NCBI RefSeq assembly: GCF_001194135.2 | Contig: NC_069000.1 | Location: 36,728,942-36,781,030, forward strand | Direction of reading: 5' to 3' | DNA: 52,089 bases | DNA from: Octopus bimaculoides | Taxonomy: Eukaryota | In this document: in pieces, positions 13,755-25,763 of the stretch | How positions within the stretch are numbered: the first letter of the stretch is position 1 | Layout of the letters: each line of letters starts with the position of its first letter | Translations under genes and position numbers: made by a program | The notes under the pieces: model-generated | Databases searched by the model: none | What the model saw: the letters and a program-made list of their open reading frames with translations, nothing else | What the model was told of the DNA's origin: nothing

Positions 13755-14037
13755 CAATGGTTCTCAATCGTTTTTTTGCTTATGGACTCTTTTCATTCCT
13801 ATTTTACTTGGATGTACCTACATAACCATTTCATATTTAAAAAAAAAACCTATTATATTTTTAGAATTAAATATTATTGGGAATTGTATACAAAAAAAAA
13901 AAATTAAAACATTCTGTGTATTGTAGAAATATAAGCAGTTTATTGCAGATAAATTTTAGCAGTTTATTGCAGATAAATTTTAGCAACATCTTATATGGAT
14001 CCCCAAGAGCCATATGGACTCCGGTTGAGAACCACTG
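13755..14037. mobile_element. hAT (Charlie-like) MITE
   Basis: TIRs CAATGGTTCTCAA / TTGAGAACCACTG. 8-bp TSD GTTTATAG/GTTTACAA. Confidence 0.75.
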
Positions 14038-14408
14038 GTTTACAATAATCATGCAATGTCAAGATAAAGACACAAACACACACATACACAGCAGGCTTCT
14101 TTCAGTTTCTGTGTACCAAATCTGTTCACGTGGCTTTGGTTGGCTGAGGTCAATAGTAGAAGATACTTACTTAAGGTGCCACGCAGTAGGGGACTGACCC
14201 CAAAACCATGTGGTATATCTTTGTGTGTTTCTAAATAAGGTTGGCCCAACCATTTGATAGAGATTGATAAAACGAGTGCTGAAAACAGTTCTTGTACTAG
14301 GCTTATTGTAATTAAGTGTAAATTCTTGGAATTTGTCATCCAATTATTGAAATAGACAAAAGAATTAAAAGAGTATAATTTAAAAAAATAAAAATATGAA
14401 CAACTTAC

Positions 14409-14724
14409 GTTATAGTGAGATAATAGAAGGAACCAAACCAGACAGCAGACGTGGCAAGATGGACTCCAATGAGAACTTTGCCATGCTGTTTATAGGCTTG
14501 TTTGAATCGTTGAAAAATGGATAAACCCTTTGGAGTTTCCTTGTCGATATCTTCTCCATTACGCTGAACCCTGCTGGTCTTGTGAAAGGAATTTGTTCGG
14601 AAATTTCGACAATATGCAGATGGTACCAACTGATTTGTTAAGTTAAAGTTATTTTGTCTTCCATATTTGGGCCCTGGTATTAATTGGAGATGATTGTAGG
14701 AAGAGAAAAATAACTGCCTGTTGG
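14409..14724 (-). CDS. FAM210A: FAM210A coding exon 2 (start of DUF1279: LSIFQRFKQAYKQHGKVLIGVHLATSAVWFGSFYY)
   Basis: Acceptor TTTCTTTCTTTTCAG| and donor AC|GTAAGT at 14408. Frame open throughout. Translation closely resembles recalled human FAM210A (SLYQRFKKTFRQYGKVLIPVHLITSGVWFGTFYY). The 3' boundary is more certain than the 5' boundary. Confidence 0.9.
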
Positions 14725-14949
14725 CTGAAAAGAAAGAAAATTGAAGAGGAGATGAGTGATTGAATTAGCACAGAGTTTCTTTGTTCTACATTTATCTTTA
14801 AACTGGTATTGAGTCCTCTTTGGATTTCTGGTTGTCTTGAACTTTGATTCATGAACTTTCATCTTGCTTGCCTTGTCATGGACACATTAAAGCTCTGATG
14901 TCTGCCAACTGACTTGGCAGACACCCACAAGATTATCCACCATCTTTTT

Positions 14950-15175
14950 GACGACAACTTTGGGCATATGTTTGAATTTCATATATCTAACACTTGTGGA
15001 CATGCTTACAAAATAAAATTTAAAAAAAGCAACACAGCACCCATGACTTTCGGAAACATTTTTCATGCTCAGAATTGCTGAAGCATGGAATAAACTACCC
15101 ACATCAGCAGTTGGCTGTCGGGACATTGCACTCTTCAAAACTTCCTTCCTGAAATTTGACAACAGTACACCAGAT
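14950..15175 (+). mobile_element. CR1-type LINE 3' remnant
   Basis: HDFRKHF.MLRIAEAWNKLPTSAVGCRDIALFKTS resembles the CR1 C-terminal motif FFxxRVVxxWNxLP...FK. Confidence 0.65.
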
Positions 15176-16291
15176 ATCCCCAGCCTTTAATAACTCATTC
15201 ACAGTTTACTTCATGTCTATTATTCTATGTACTGTTTGTTCATGCACCTCTGGCTACTTTTTCCAATGAGTTGTACCTGAGCACTGTATATGTTATGTCT
15301 CAAGCTATTGCTCTCTAGCACCTTTGGATGATCTCTACTCAACCGCTACACAACTGCTACTCAACAGCTCTACCAACTCCTCTACCATGGCTAGACTACC
15401 TCTATTTATATGTCTTGGGCGATCCTACTTCTTCGCTTGGAGACATCGACACAACAGTGTACAATAATTTAATTATTGTTATTATAAATATATATATGCA
15501 TCAACATTGCTAAAAGCTTTTCTCATTCACTTTTCATTTATTATTCAACTTCTTTACTACAATGCTTCAAGCAAACTGTGATACATATATATAAATTCGT
15601 TATTTGCAACAGAAGCAATGTTACTTTTGGACAGCAATCTATACAGCTTATTTAACATGGATATACTGTACGAAAGCCAGAATATTGCATCATTTATTTT
15701 GTGAAAACATCTCGTGTAAATAAGTAGTCCTAAAAAGCAATGATACAGAAGTATCTGTAGCAGATGAAAAGTGGTCAGCAATGGTGGCAGTGGAATTGCT
15801 AGATCCCAGGATTTCTGCACAGTTGTGCATCATTAAAAGCAAGTATCCACTACCAACTGCATGCCTGGACAAATTTTGTGTTTACTGATATAGAAAAAAA
15901 CAGTGATTAACAAATCACTGGTTTCACAAATATCTGGCAGGTTGAGCAAAAACCCATTATTAGCAAGAGAAGCAGTTTTAGTTCCAAATAGCAATCAGTA
16001 TGATACTTAACATGGATATACTGTAAAAGAGCCACAGTCTGCTACAGACACTTTCGTGCTTCTCAGCACTATATGTTTGTATGAAATCTCTTCCTAAGAT
16101 TAATACTGCAGTATTATGGCATTCTTACAATATAGAATATCCACAATTAAGGGATCAACAACAGTTGCTTCACCACATACTGAAGTTCAGAAATAGCAGC
16201 TAAAGTGCTGAAACTCCAACAGATAGCATTACTTGTAACTCACAAAGGCAAAACAAGAAGAAAAAATAACAAACCTAACCAGTCGTAGTTA

Positions 16292-16350
16292 ATCATAGAC
16301 GCGTTTCTGGCTTAGAAGAGAAAAACCCTTCATTTCCTCATCAGTATGAT
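16292..16350 (-). ncRNA. Type I hammerhead ribozyme-like motif (Penelope-type minimal HHR)
   Basis: Minus strand reads ATCATA-CTGATGA-GG(25 nt)CC-A-GAAAC-GC-GTC-TATGAT. It has a 6-bp stem I, both core boxes and a palindromic short stem III. An extra A before GAAAC is non-canonical. Confidence 0.65.
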
Positions 16351-16544
16351 ATTCCAGTTGCAAATTCATATCTGATGAGGAAATGTGGTGAAGCAACTGT
16401 TGCTGATCCCTTAATTATGTTATTTATAAATATATAAGAACTTTTAAATAAGTTCTTCACCGATAATGGTGTTTACATACCGAAGAGCTTGGTAAAAATT
16501 ATTAATTATTAATTTATCAATAAATTAATAAATTGATAATCCTT

Positions 16545-16690
16545 GGCGTTAGGAAGGGCATCCAGCTGTAGAAACTCTGCCAAATTAGATTGGAGCCTGG
16601 TGTTGCCATCCGGTTTCACCAGTCCTCAGTCAAATCGTCCAACCCATGCTAGCATGGAAAGCGGACGTTAAACGATGATGATGATGATGA
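16545..16690 (+). mobile_element. (GAT)n-tailed repeat, well-preserved copy
   Basis: Multi-copy within the window, with a GATGAT tail. Confidence 0.8.
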
Positions 16691-17118
16691 TATATATATA
16701 TATATATTTATCAGTCTGTATTTTTGAAATCAGTTGCTGTTTCCTATCGTATTCTCTATAAGGCTGACAGGATGACTTAGGTTCTTTAACCCTTGGCAAC
16801 GGAGTAATGGATCAATGATGAAAGTTGACTAAATCTGAAATCAGTGCTGATATGAGTCCATCTCACTTGTCGTAAGGAGAGAGCCTGTCTCTATTGTCAG
16901 CCATTGGAAAAGTGCTCTCACATGGCTAAGAGTTGTTTTCACTGTTATTTCTAGCAATGCTGGTGTTCACTAGCACCCTCCGTCACTTTGGTGATGACTG
17001 TACTTGATGCCTATCGGTTCTAAATTGCGAATAGCCAACTTGATATATATAGATATATATATATATATATATATAGATAGATAGATAGAGATATACACAT
17101 ACACATATGTGTATGTGT

Positions 17119-17173
<55 letters not shown>

Positions 17174-17772
17174 CATACATACATATAACTTCATTACTGA
17201 GAGCAAAGAATAGTTCAGCTGTTTGTGATGTATCAAGTTAAACATGTGAAATAGTTTTCTGGAAATGTACTTTTTGTTTGTTTCCTTTTGTTTGCAATTT
17301 TTTTCTTTTACTTGTCTCAATCGTTTGACTGGCCATGCAGGGGCACTACCTTGAAGGGATTTAGTCGAACAAACCAACCCCAGTACTTATGTTTTGAAGG
17401 GATTTTTTGAAGTCTGGTACTTATTCTGTTGGTCTCTTTTGACAATTGTTTATAGGGATGTAAACAAACCAACAGCAGCTGTCAAACTGTTGGAGAGATG
17501 TGTGACAAGCACACACAGATATGTAAATATGATGGACTTCCACAGTTTCCATTGAAGACATTCCCTCAGAAGGCATTGGTTTGCCTGGAACTATAGCAGA
17601 AGACAATATGGGTGCTGTGCAATGAGATGGAACTCAAAACCATATGATTGCAAAGTGAGCTTGTTAACCACACAACTATGCTTGAGCCTATATATAGGTA
17701 CAGAGAGAGGGGGAGTTTATGTATATGTGTGTGCATGCATGCGTACAAGAAAGTGATCAAGAATGAAGTTAA

Positions 17773-17992
17773 CCCTTTCGTTACTGTATTTATTTTGAGA
17801 TGCTCTGTATTTCTTTCAATAACTTTAAATATAACAAAGAATTTAGTAAAATAACTTAGTTACCATTCAGCTAGTGTTAGGAACATAAATTGTGACTAAG
17901 GTTTGGTGGAAGATTTTTATTCAAAACTTATGAAAATAAGACATTTGTACTCAGAGCCAGAGCTGGTTTCAGCCGGGTAGGTATCAAAAGGG
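17773..17992. mobile_element. piggyBac-type MITE
   Basis: TTAA|CCCTTTCGTTAC...GTATCAAAAGGG|TTAA. A partial second copy starts near 44451. Confidence 0.7.
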
Positions 17993-18025
17993 TTAAATGA
18001 TAAGATAGTGAATATTTTCTTTTCT

Positions 18026-18253
18026 TATTTCTTTTTTGCCCACAAGGGTCTAAACATAGAGGGGACAAACAAGGACAGACAAGGGGGTTAAGTCGATTAC
18101 ATTGACCCCAGTGCGTAGCTGGTACTTAATTTATCGACCCCGAAAGGATGACATGCAAAGTCAACCTCGGTGGAATTTGAACTCAGGACGTAACAGCAGA
18201 TGAAATACCGCTAAGCATTTTGTCTGATGTGCTAACATTTCTGCCAGCTCGCC
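18026..18253 (-). mobile_element. tRNA-derived SINE with ~20-bp TSD
   Basis: Reverse complement of 48609-48840. Flanked by TAGTGAATATTTT(C/A)TTTTCT at 18006-18025 and 18254-18273. Confidence 0.85.
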
Positions 18254-19193
18254 TAGTGAATATTTTATTTTCTGGCATACAAATCAAATTTTTTCAGAAT
18301 AAAATTTTCAGCTGAAAAACACAGGTCAACTTATATATCAAAACAACTTTAGGGGACCAAAAATTCTATGCAAAACGCAGCAGGATTTGGAAAGATAGCA
18401 ATGATGTGTGAATTTTTACACTATATACTATATCAATTTGTAAGCCAGAAAATGCAGTATATGTAAGAATGAACATCTGAATTATCATAGAATCATATCT
18501 GCAGTACGTCTCACTGTGTCTTTGAATAGAAAACTTAATTCTATGTGCTTCAGATGAAGAACAGCCTCCAGATTTATTTGGTAATAAAGTGGAGACATGA
18601 TAAGGGTAGAAGAAGACATTTGACATTCATAAGGAAAACGTGAAGAAGAAAGTTAAATGTCTCCAAAGCTTCAAGTGGCTATTAAGGTCCCATTAATTAG
18701 ATTTAGTTAAAAAAATTTTTTAAACTGGTACTCCATTGGTTACGACAAGGGTTCTAGTTGATTTGATCAAAGGAAAAGCCTGCTGGGGAAATTAACGCCC
18801 AAGTGGCTGAGCAAGTCACAAACATGTACCTTTGACATAGTTCTCAGAGAGATTCAGCATGACACAGAATGTGGCATGGTTGGCCCTTTGAAATTACACG
18901 TACAACTCTCTTTTACCAGCTGAACTGACTGGAACAACGTGAAATAAAGTGTCTTGCACAAGGACACAACATGCTGCCAGGTATTGAACTCAGGACCTTA
19001 TGACTGAGTTGAATACCCTAACCGCTTGGTCACCTGATGTTAATTGGATGGCAGATAATTCTCCCCCTTAATAGCACACCAACCCATTCAACATTCACAA
19101 TAAGACCTATTCACTAAAGTAACTGACCAGAGTTATTTGCCTTCGAACTAGACTGTCCTATACATTATTTACATTCGACGGATATTTGTTACA

Positions 19194-19570
19194 GAGACAT
19201 TGAGTGTGCTTCAGTAAGCCTGTCATGATTTGGCAATGGGTCATATGCAATGTTTTGAGTGGCATGGACACTTCAAATGCAGAAGAATATCCCTAGAAGA
19301 CATGCCCTGTATATCACCCCTGGAAATGTGAAAATTCATCAGCTTGTGCATGAGGATCATTGGAGGACAATCAATGATATTTTGAAGCATTTGAGTGAGG
19401 ACATTTGGTGAAAGTGACCAGATCCATGGAGCACAAAGAATTGGATTCTACACGATGACAATGCATCCTCCCACTGGGTTCTGTTCACTTATAAGTTTCT
19501 CACTAAAAACAAAACAAGGTATCACTTCTGTACCTGCCCTATTCACCAGATTTAGCACCTGCAGCCATCA
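19194..19570 (+). mobile_element. Mariner (Tc1/mariner) transposase remnant
   Basis: Broken-frame motifs CFEWHGHFK.RRISLED, IHQLVHED, ILHDDNA and PYSPDLAPA (mariner HDNA and YSPDLAP signatures). Confidence 0.8.
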
Positions 19571-20059
19571 CACCTCATCTTCCTTCAACCATGCAATGGA
19601 CAACCACTCAGAGACAACCTGATCCAACCTTCATTGAATGCATGATTGGGTGGTAAAGGAATTCATTTCACAGCTATGATGTCTTGGGGTTCAATCCTGC
19701 CACATAGTTTCTTGACAGACCCTGAGCCGACCCAAGCCTCGCAAGGGAAACTGGATAGATGGAAACTGTGTGGAAGCCCATTAAATGAATTGAGTGCATA
19801 TTGTGTCATGTTGGCTTGGCCTGAGAAATACATTAAGGGCTCACATGTCTGTGGAATACTCAGTCACTCACTTGTTAATTTAATGAGTAGGTAGTTCCCT
19901 GGATTAAAACAACTGAATACAAATCATCAAAACCAATGGAGAATCCATTATCAATAGCACAAAGACAAACTCACAACACCTACCATGGATAAAGATTTGT
20001 CTCTCGTCTCCTCTTGACTCATGAATAACACATATTCTAAAATACTCAAAGTCTCTTAT

Positions 20060-20205
20060 CATCATCATCGTCGTTTAACGTTCGCTTTCCATGCTAGCAT
20101 GGGTTGGACGATTTGACTGAGGACTGGTGAACCAGATGGCTGCACCAGGCTCCAATCTGATTTGGCAGAGTTTCTACAGCTGGATGACCTTCCTAACGCC
20201 AACAT
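20060..20205 (-). mobile_element. (GAT)n-tailed repeat, inverted copy
   Basis: Reverse complement of 16545-16690. Confidence 0.8.
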
Positions 20206-23100
20206 TATAAAACCCCAGTAGCAAAATTGCAAAACAAAAACTTAGATTAACCACCCAGGTCTCTTCTCTTCTACTCACCTTCCTGCCTTGACACATCTTC
20301 AGTACCATGTTCCTTTTCTGATTAGAGCAACCACATTCCCTACAGCAAGACACCTTGTCCAGTCCTTCTATCATACTTTGGCCTAACATAAATTCACATC
20401 CTTTCGTACTGTTTCTCACTCAGCTGAGTGGGTCTTATCTCACTAATAGTGCTGGTTCCACATAAAAGTGATTGGCATTAGGAAGAGCATCCAGTCCTAG
20501 AAATCATGTCAAAGCAGATACTGGAGTCTGATGCAGTTCTGTAGCTTGTCGGTTCCTGTCAAACCAGGTCAACCCATGCCAGCATGGAACATAGTCGTTA
20601 AGTGATGATGATGATTTTTTTGCAAGACCAGAAAATAATATTTCAGCTCAGATCAATTACTGATCACCTACCAAGTCAAATAAGTACTAATCACAAATGA
20701 GCCAGTGTTACACACAAAACAATGTAGACACCATCTGGAAGCTCATTTGTGAGAAAGACCCAGTTAATATGCTTCAACCATCACCACCACAGATCTACCC
20801 ATACCTTTTTATTGTCATAATAAAGCTCCCATCCCTGCTCCTCTGAACTAACTAATGCGTCTACCTGTGTCTCTTTTTGTCGTCCTTACTATGTCTCATT
20901 GCACAGATGTTACCCAAACATCTCACATAATCCTTTCACAGAGCTATCATTCATTGGAATTCACAATATACCCACTCAGATATGTCAGGCAGTCATCGAC
21001 CTTCACACAGCGTCGATTAGAGATGTCAGCCATTGATATATACAAAGGGGGCACGTCACTGTTCAGAAAACACCAAAAATAGCAACAAAAAAACCCAGTT
21101 TTTATATTATAAGTGGTAGATATAATTATGTATAATAGGGATATGTCTAATATGCATACTAATAAAAACAACCTTCCACGTTCAAGGAGTTTCGTGATAC
21201 TCTGGAATGTTTTTTATCCTACAACGGGTGTGACATGGCTACACACACCGGCGTGGGCTCATGAGCAAATTAAACAAAGTCTTTGATGGTTTACAAAAGG
21301 CAATGTACATTCTACTTCACTTGCTTTGACTTACTAATTCAAAGGCATAATTTAAATCATAAATCGATTTGAATCTCTTGTCTTGCTGCCGAGCAGGCAC
21401 ACGAACGGGGGTGGGTATTGATTAATAAACTAGACACATTAATTTCACAAATCTATCTGTACATAGTTCTGCCGACCGAATATAACAGTACACCTGAATG
21501 AAACTTACCAAATGTAAAATATGAAGCAAAAAAATATGTAGTAACAGTAAGAATATACGTTAATGCAACGAGCCCAAGAGAGAGAGAGCCAGTTCGTTAA
21601 CAATTCCCCGTCAACGGTTCCCAAACTTTTATCACGATCTATTGTTTCAAATCAATAATTCTTCGTCACACTTTTTCCAATATAATAGAATAACTTCTTT
21701 AAAATTTTATAAATTGTAGTATTTCATACTTTTTTTGGTGCAATAATCATCAGTTTTGGGGTAACTGTTGCTAAATAAATATGTACATAAACAACCTCAG
21801 GTAGAGAAAACAGAACGGACCACAGAAGAATATGTGGCAATTACAAATCATCATTTTACTTAAGTGATTACCAAGATTGATTAAACTAATCAGAGTTAAT
21901 TACAGTTTTATTATATATATATCATATCATATATTTATATTATAGATCATAGATATAAACAGCACACCTTTATGCCGACATTCGAAGATTCCACACAGGT
22001 ATAGAGTTAAGTATAAATACTTTGTGCCAATTTGGGTTCATATCTGGGTAAATTTTCAGAAAATTTACCCATATCTGTGGTAACTAAGGCTAATTAAACT
22101 AACATAATTGCCGTTTATATTTTGGTACATTTTATAAACAATGAAATAGCATAGCTCAGCAATTTTTGTAGATATTCGGGGAATCCAGCATGGTCGTTTC
22201 CATGTGGTTCCTCGCGTTTTGTATATTCCACAACTTTATGACTTTTTAAAAAACATTTACTGTTTGTAGTAAATGTTGGGGGTATATTGTATAACAAATC
22301 GATAGAAATGTTACATATTTAGAAAGTAAAATATTTTAAGTTCGCGACCCGTGTGGGTTTGGGAACTGCTCTGTTGATTATACATCGGCACTGGACCCGA
22401 TTTACTAGAAATAACAACCAAACCCCAAATTACATACAACTCATCGTAATAAAAAAAAAGAGGACACATTTTACAATACTGTCATATATATATATATATA
22501 GGCGTGATGGGCACTTTTGGCCAGCTAAATCTCATATTACATACCTGTCGTCTTAAAAAGAAGATACATTTGACCATAGTGTCATATATATATAAACACA
22601 CATTCAAGGCGTGATGGCCACGGCTAAAACGCCTTTGATTCATCATAAATCTGCGAAGACAGTGCTGATAGAGAGAATAATCAAGGAGATTACTTGCAAC
22701 TTCATGTTTTCCTTTCTAGAAATATCTAAATGGTAACACACACAAATATAGACGAGTTCATTCTTATATTTATTTATCTTATTACTATGACGATTCTTGT
22801 TAAAAATGATAATTCTTGCTGAGGGTGGATAAATATTAGTTATATAATGGTTTCTAACATACGAGGAGCGTGTTGTAAGAGGATAACATTCGATTAAATC
22901 GATCTGAATAACTTGGCTGGTACTTATATCTTTAAACTACCCCGAAATTGACTATAGAATTATGGTAATTGGGTTCACCTTCACTTAGACTCAGCTTTAT
23001 ACATTAACAATTAAACTGAAGGATGATTCAATACTTTTTTGTTGTTGTAGTTGTTGTTGCAGATTACATATTTATGTATGAATATATCTCCAAGAATAAT

Positions 23101-23195
23101 GGTTACAGTGACTTCGAAGTTTCGGCCAGCGGCTATTCTTCCACTCGGACTGTTATGGAAGGCCAGCAGGCCGAAACTTCGAAGTCACTGTCACC
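23101..23195. repeat. 27-bp inverted repeat (1 mismatch) with a 41-nt spacer
   Basis: GGTTACAGTGACTTCGAAGTTTCGGCC (23101-23127) versus GGCCGAAACTTCGAAGTCACTGTCACC (23169-23195). Confidence 0.9.
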
Positions 23196-23533
23196 CCGAT
23201 TCTTGCAAATGTATAATATATTTATGTGTGTGTGTGTGTGTGTGTGTATACTAATACTATATATTTATATATTTTTTATACTGTGAAACTTAATTTAATT
23301 TTAATATATTGATTTTAATTGAGTTTTTACCTGAAATTTTGGATTTTATCCCTAATAAATATTATTATTATTATATTATTATATATATATATATATAGGA
23401 TTACGTGCACAAGTCTACACCTACAATTGTGTATGTAATACCATGTATGCATATATATGTATGGCATACCTACAAAAGTGCATGAGGGGCAACCAGTATT
23501 ACTGGTGGTATAACAACTAACAAATATGCTTAC

Positions 23534-23711
23534 CTTCAGTAGCATTAACCTTTACTCTGGACCATGATGAAATAAAATGCCTTTCCTCTATATGACGATG
23601 ATGACTCAAGAAATTACAGCGTGCACACAACTGAACCACATTCTTATTAACGCATGTCTGTTTCATTCGATGAACAAAATTCAAGCCAAATGCTATCCTG
23701 GGGTAAATCAT
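23534..23711 (-). CDS. FAM210A: FAM210A coding exon 1 (MIYPRIAFGLNF...KVNATE; putative mitochondrial presequence region)
   Basis: ATG at 23711 with an in-frame TAA just upstream (23730-23732). Ends GAAG|GTAAGC (phase 1), matching the phase-1 acceptor at 14724. The three exons total 840 nt = 279 aa + stop. Sequence is not conserved enough to recognise, so the assignment rests on phase and length logic. Confidence 0.65.
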
Positions 23712-23889
23712 GCTTTCGAGATTGGTCTCTTATTTATTTTAAATCAACTGCTTCTTATTATGTTCCACCGGTTCTTTTACTCTTTTGCTGCTTCGCTATA
23801 ACTTCGGATATAAGACATCGAGACATCAGTTTCATTCAGTTATTTATAAAACATTTGGTATTGATGTGACTACTGCTGTCCATCCCGAC

Positions 23890-24030
23890 TGCAGAACTGA
23901 ACGAGGAGTATGTACCAAATGAAGTATATTTATGAGTGCGCGAGACTTTAAAAATGTTTTCCAGACAGATCGGAAGTTACATTTTTTTTTTCGCCCACCA
24001 CTTATAACACGCGGGAAGATAGAAAGAGAG
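23890..24030 (-). promoter_or_regulatory. Putative FAM210A promoter
   Basis: CpG-containing patch about 200-300 nt upstream of the ATG, with GCGCGAGA, an ETS-like CGGAAGT (23971-23977) and an E2F-like CGCGGGAA (24010-24017). Motif inspection only. Confidence 0.4.
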
Positions 24031-25380
24031 AAACAGTTATATTTAGAAGCGGTCGCTCTTGCTGTTAGATACAGTAGCCAAATTTACCTTAAATTACATG
24101 CTACCATTCTTTAAAAGAATGGATACTTCGGATAATGTACCCTTAGATAAACTATGCCTGAAACAAAGATGACAGAGCCATAGTTGGAATGCTTTATATA
24201 TATATATGTGTATATATTCTCTTAATTGTTTCAGTCGTTTGACTGCGGCCATGCTGGACCACCGCTTTTTAATCGAAGAAATCGACCCCGGGACTTATTC
24301 TTTGTAAGCCTAGTACTTATTCTGTCGGTCCCTTTTGCCGAACCTCCAAGTTACGGGGACGTAAACACACCAACATCGGTTGTCAAGCGACGGTGGGCGG
24401 ACAAACAGACACAAAGACACATAAATATATATTAAAAAAATAATAAATGCGCCTTTTTAAAGCCTAGCCAGGCTCATGGGCCCGGTTTCCCGGTTTCAAT
24501 GGCGTATGTGTTCCCCAGCTGGACGGGACGCCAGTCCATCGCATCGTTACTCATTTTTGCCAGCTGGAGCAACGTGAAATGAAGTGTTTTGCTCAAGAAC
24601 ACAACGCGTTCCCCGGTCCAGGAATCGAAACCACAATCTTACGATCATGATGCTAACCACTAAACCACACGCCTCCACACACACGCGCACACATATATAT
24701 ATAACAAGCTTCTTTCAGTTTCCGTCTATCAAATCCACTTACAAGGTTTTGGTCAGCCAGGAGGCTACTGTAGAAGACACTTGCCCAAGGTGGGACTGAA
24801 CCCGGAATCATGCGGTTAGGAAGCAAGTTTCTTCACTTCTTTTAAATTGCCGTAAAGGCATTACACAGAGGGGGACACTACAACACATGTGGGGACATAT
24901 AACAATTAAAAATATAAAAATAAAATATATAAGGAATGACACATGAAAATGAATATGAAAAATAAATTAAAATATGATAACATGAATGATATTTGAAAAT
25001 GATATTATGAAGAGTGTGCTACTCACCCCACACTGAGTAACACCACTCACCGCCTCTGGGTCCTAAGTTTTTCTCCTTCAGTCCAATCCTTTTCCCCCTT
25101 TCTCCGTCACTTAGTGACATCATTCTCTGAAAGTATTCGTAGGTACATTATGTTTAAAACAAAATTGGTAATATCTTTGTTGGGATGCTTTCTTTATATA
25201 CATATATATATTTGCTCAAACAGATGTAGTAGCCAAATCTCCCTCAAATTACATGTTACCTTCTTTAAAAAAAAAGCTACATTGAGTTATGTTACCCTAT
25301 GTACACTATGGTTGAAACAAAGATGGCAGGGTCATAGCTAGAATCCTTTATAAAGAAAGCATTATTAATTTACTCCAAGG

Positions 25381-25763
25381 TTGTTGGCACTCCGTCGGTT
25401 ACGACGACGAGGGTTCCAGTTGATCCGATCAACGGAACAGCCTGCTCGTGAAATTAACGTGCAAGTAGCTGAGCACTCCACAGACACGTGTACCCTTAAC
25501 ATAGTTCTCGGGGATATTCAGCGTGACACAATGTGACAAGGCTGACCCTTTGAATTACAGGCACAACAGAAACAGGAAGTAAGAGTGAGAGAAAGTTGTG
25601 GTGAAAGGGTACAGCAGGGTTCGCCACCATCCCCTGCCGGAGCCTCGTGGAGCTTTAGGTGTTTTCGTTCAATAAACACTCACAATGCCCGGTCTGGGAA
25701 TCGAAACCGTGATCCTATGACTGCGAGTCCGATGCCCTAACCACTGGGCCATTGCGCCTCCAC
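25381..25763 (-). mobile_element. ~385-bp tRNA-derived SINE, intact
   Basis: Near-identical to 29096-29481 and 40671-41057. TSD TCCAAGG. Confidence 0.9.

Noticed and set aside
16455-16495. CCGATAA-TGGT...ACC-GAAG second hammerhead-like pattern
   Set aside because: Both core boxes are mismatched and there is no stem I/III support.
23534-23545. Alternative short FAM210A start MLLK (phase 0) spliced to a CAG at 14630, giving MLLKLVPSAYCRNF...
   Set aside because: In frame, but the acceptor has a poor polypyrimidine tract and upstream ATGs would have to be bypassed. The 23711/14724 model has a much stronger acceptor and a length close to known FAM210A proteins.
23563-23634. ATGATGA...CTGA resembling a box C/D snoRNA
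   Set aside because: It is antisense to, and overlaps, the FAM210A coding exon, and it lacks a terminal stem. Likely chance.
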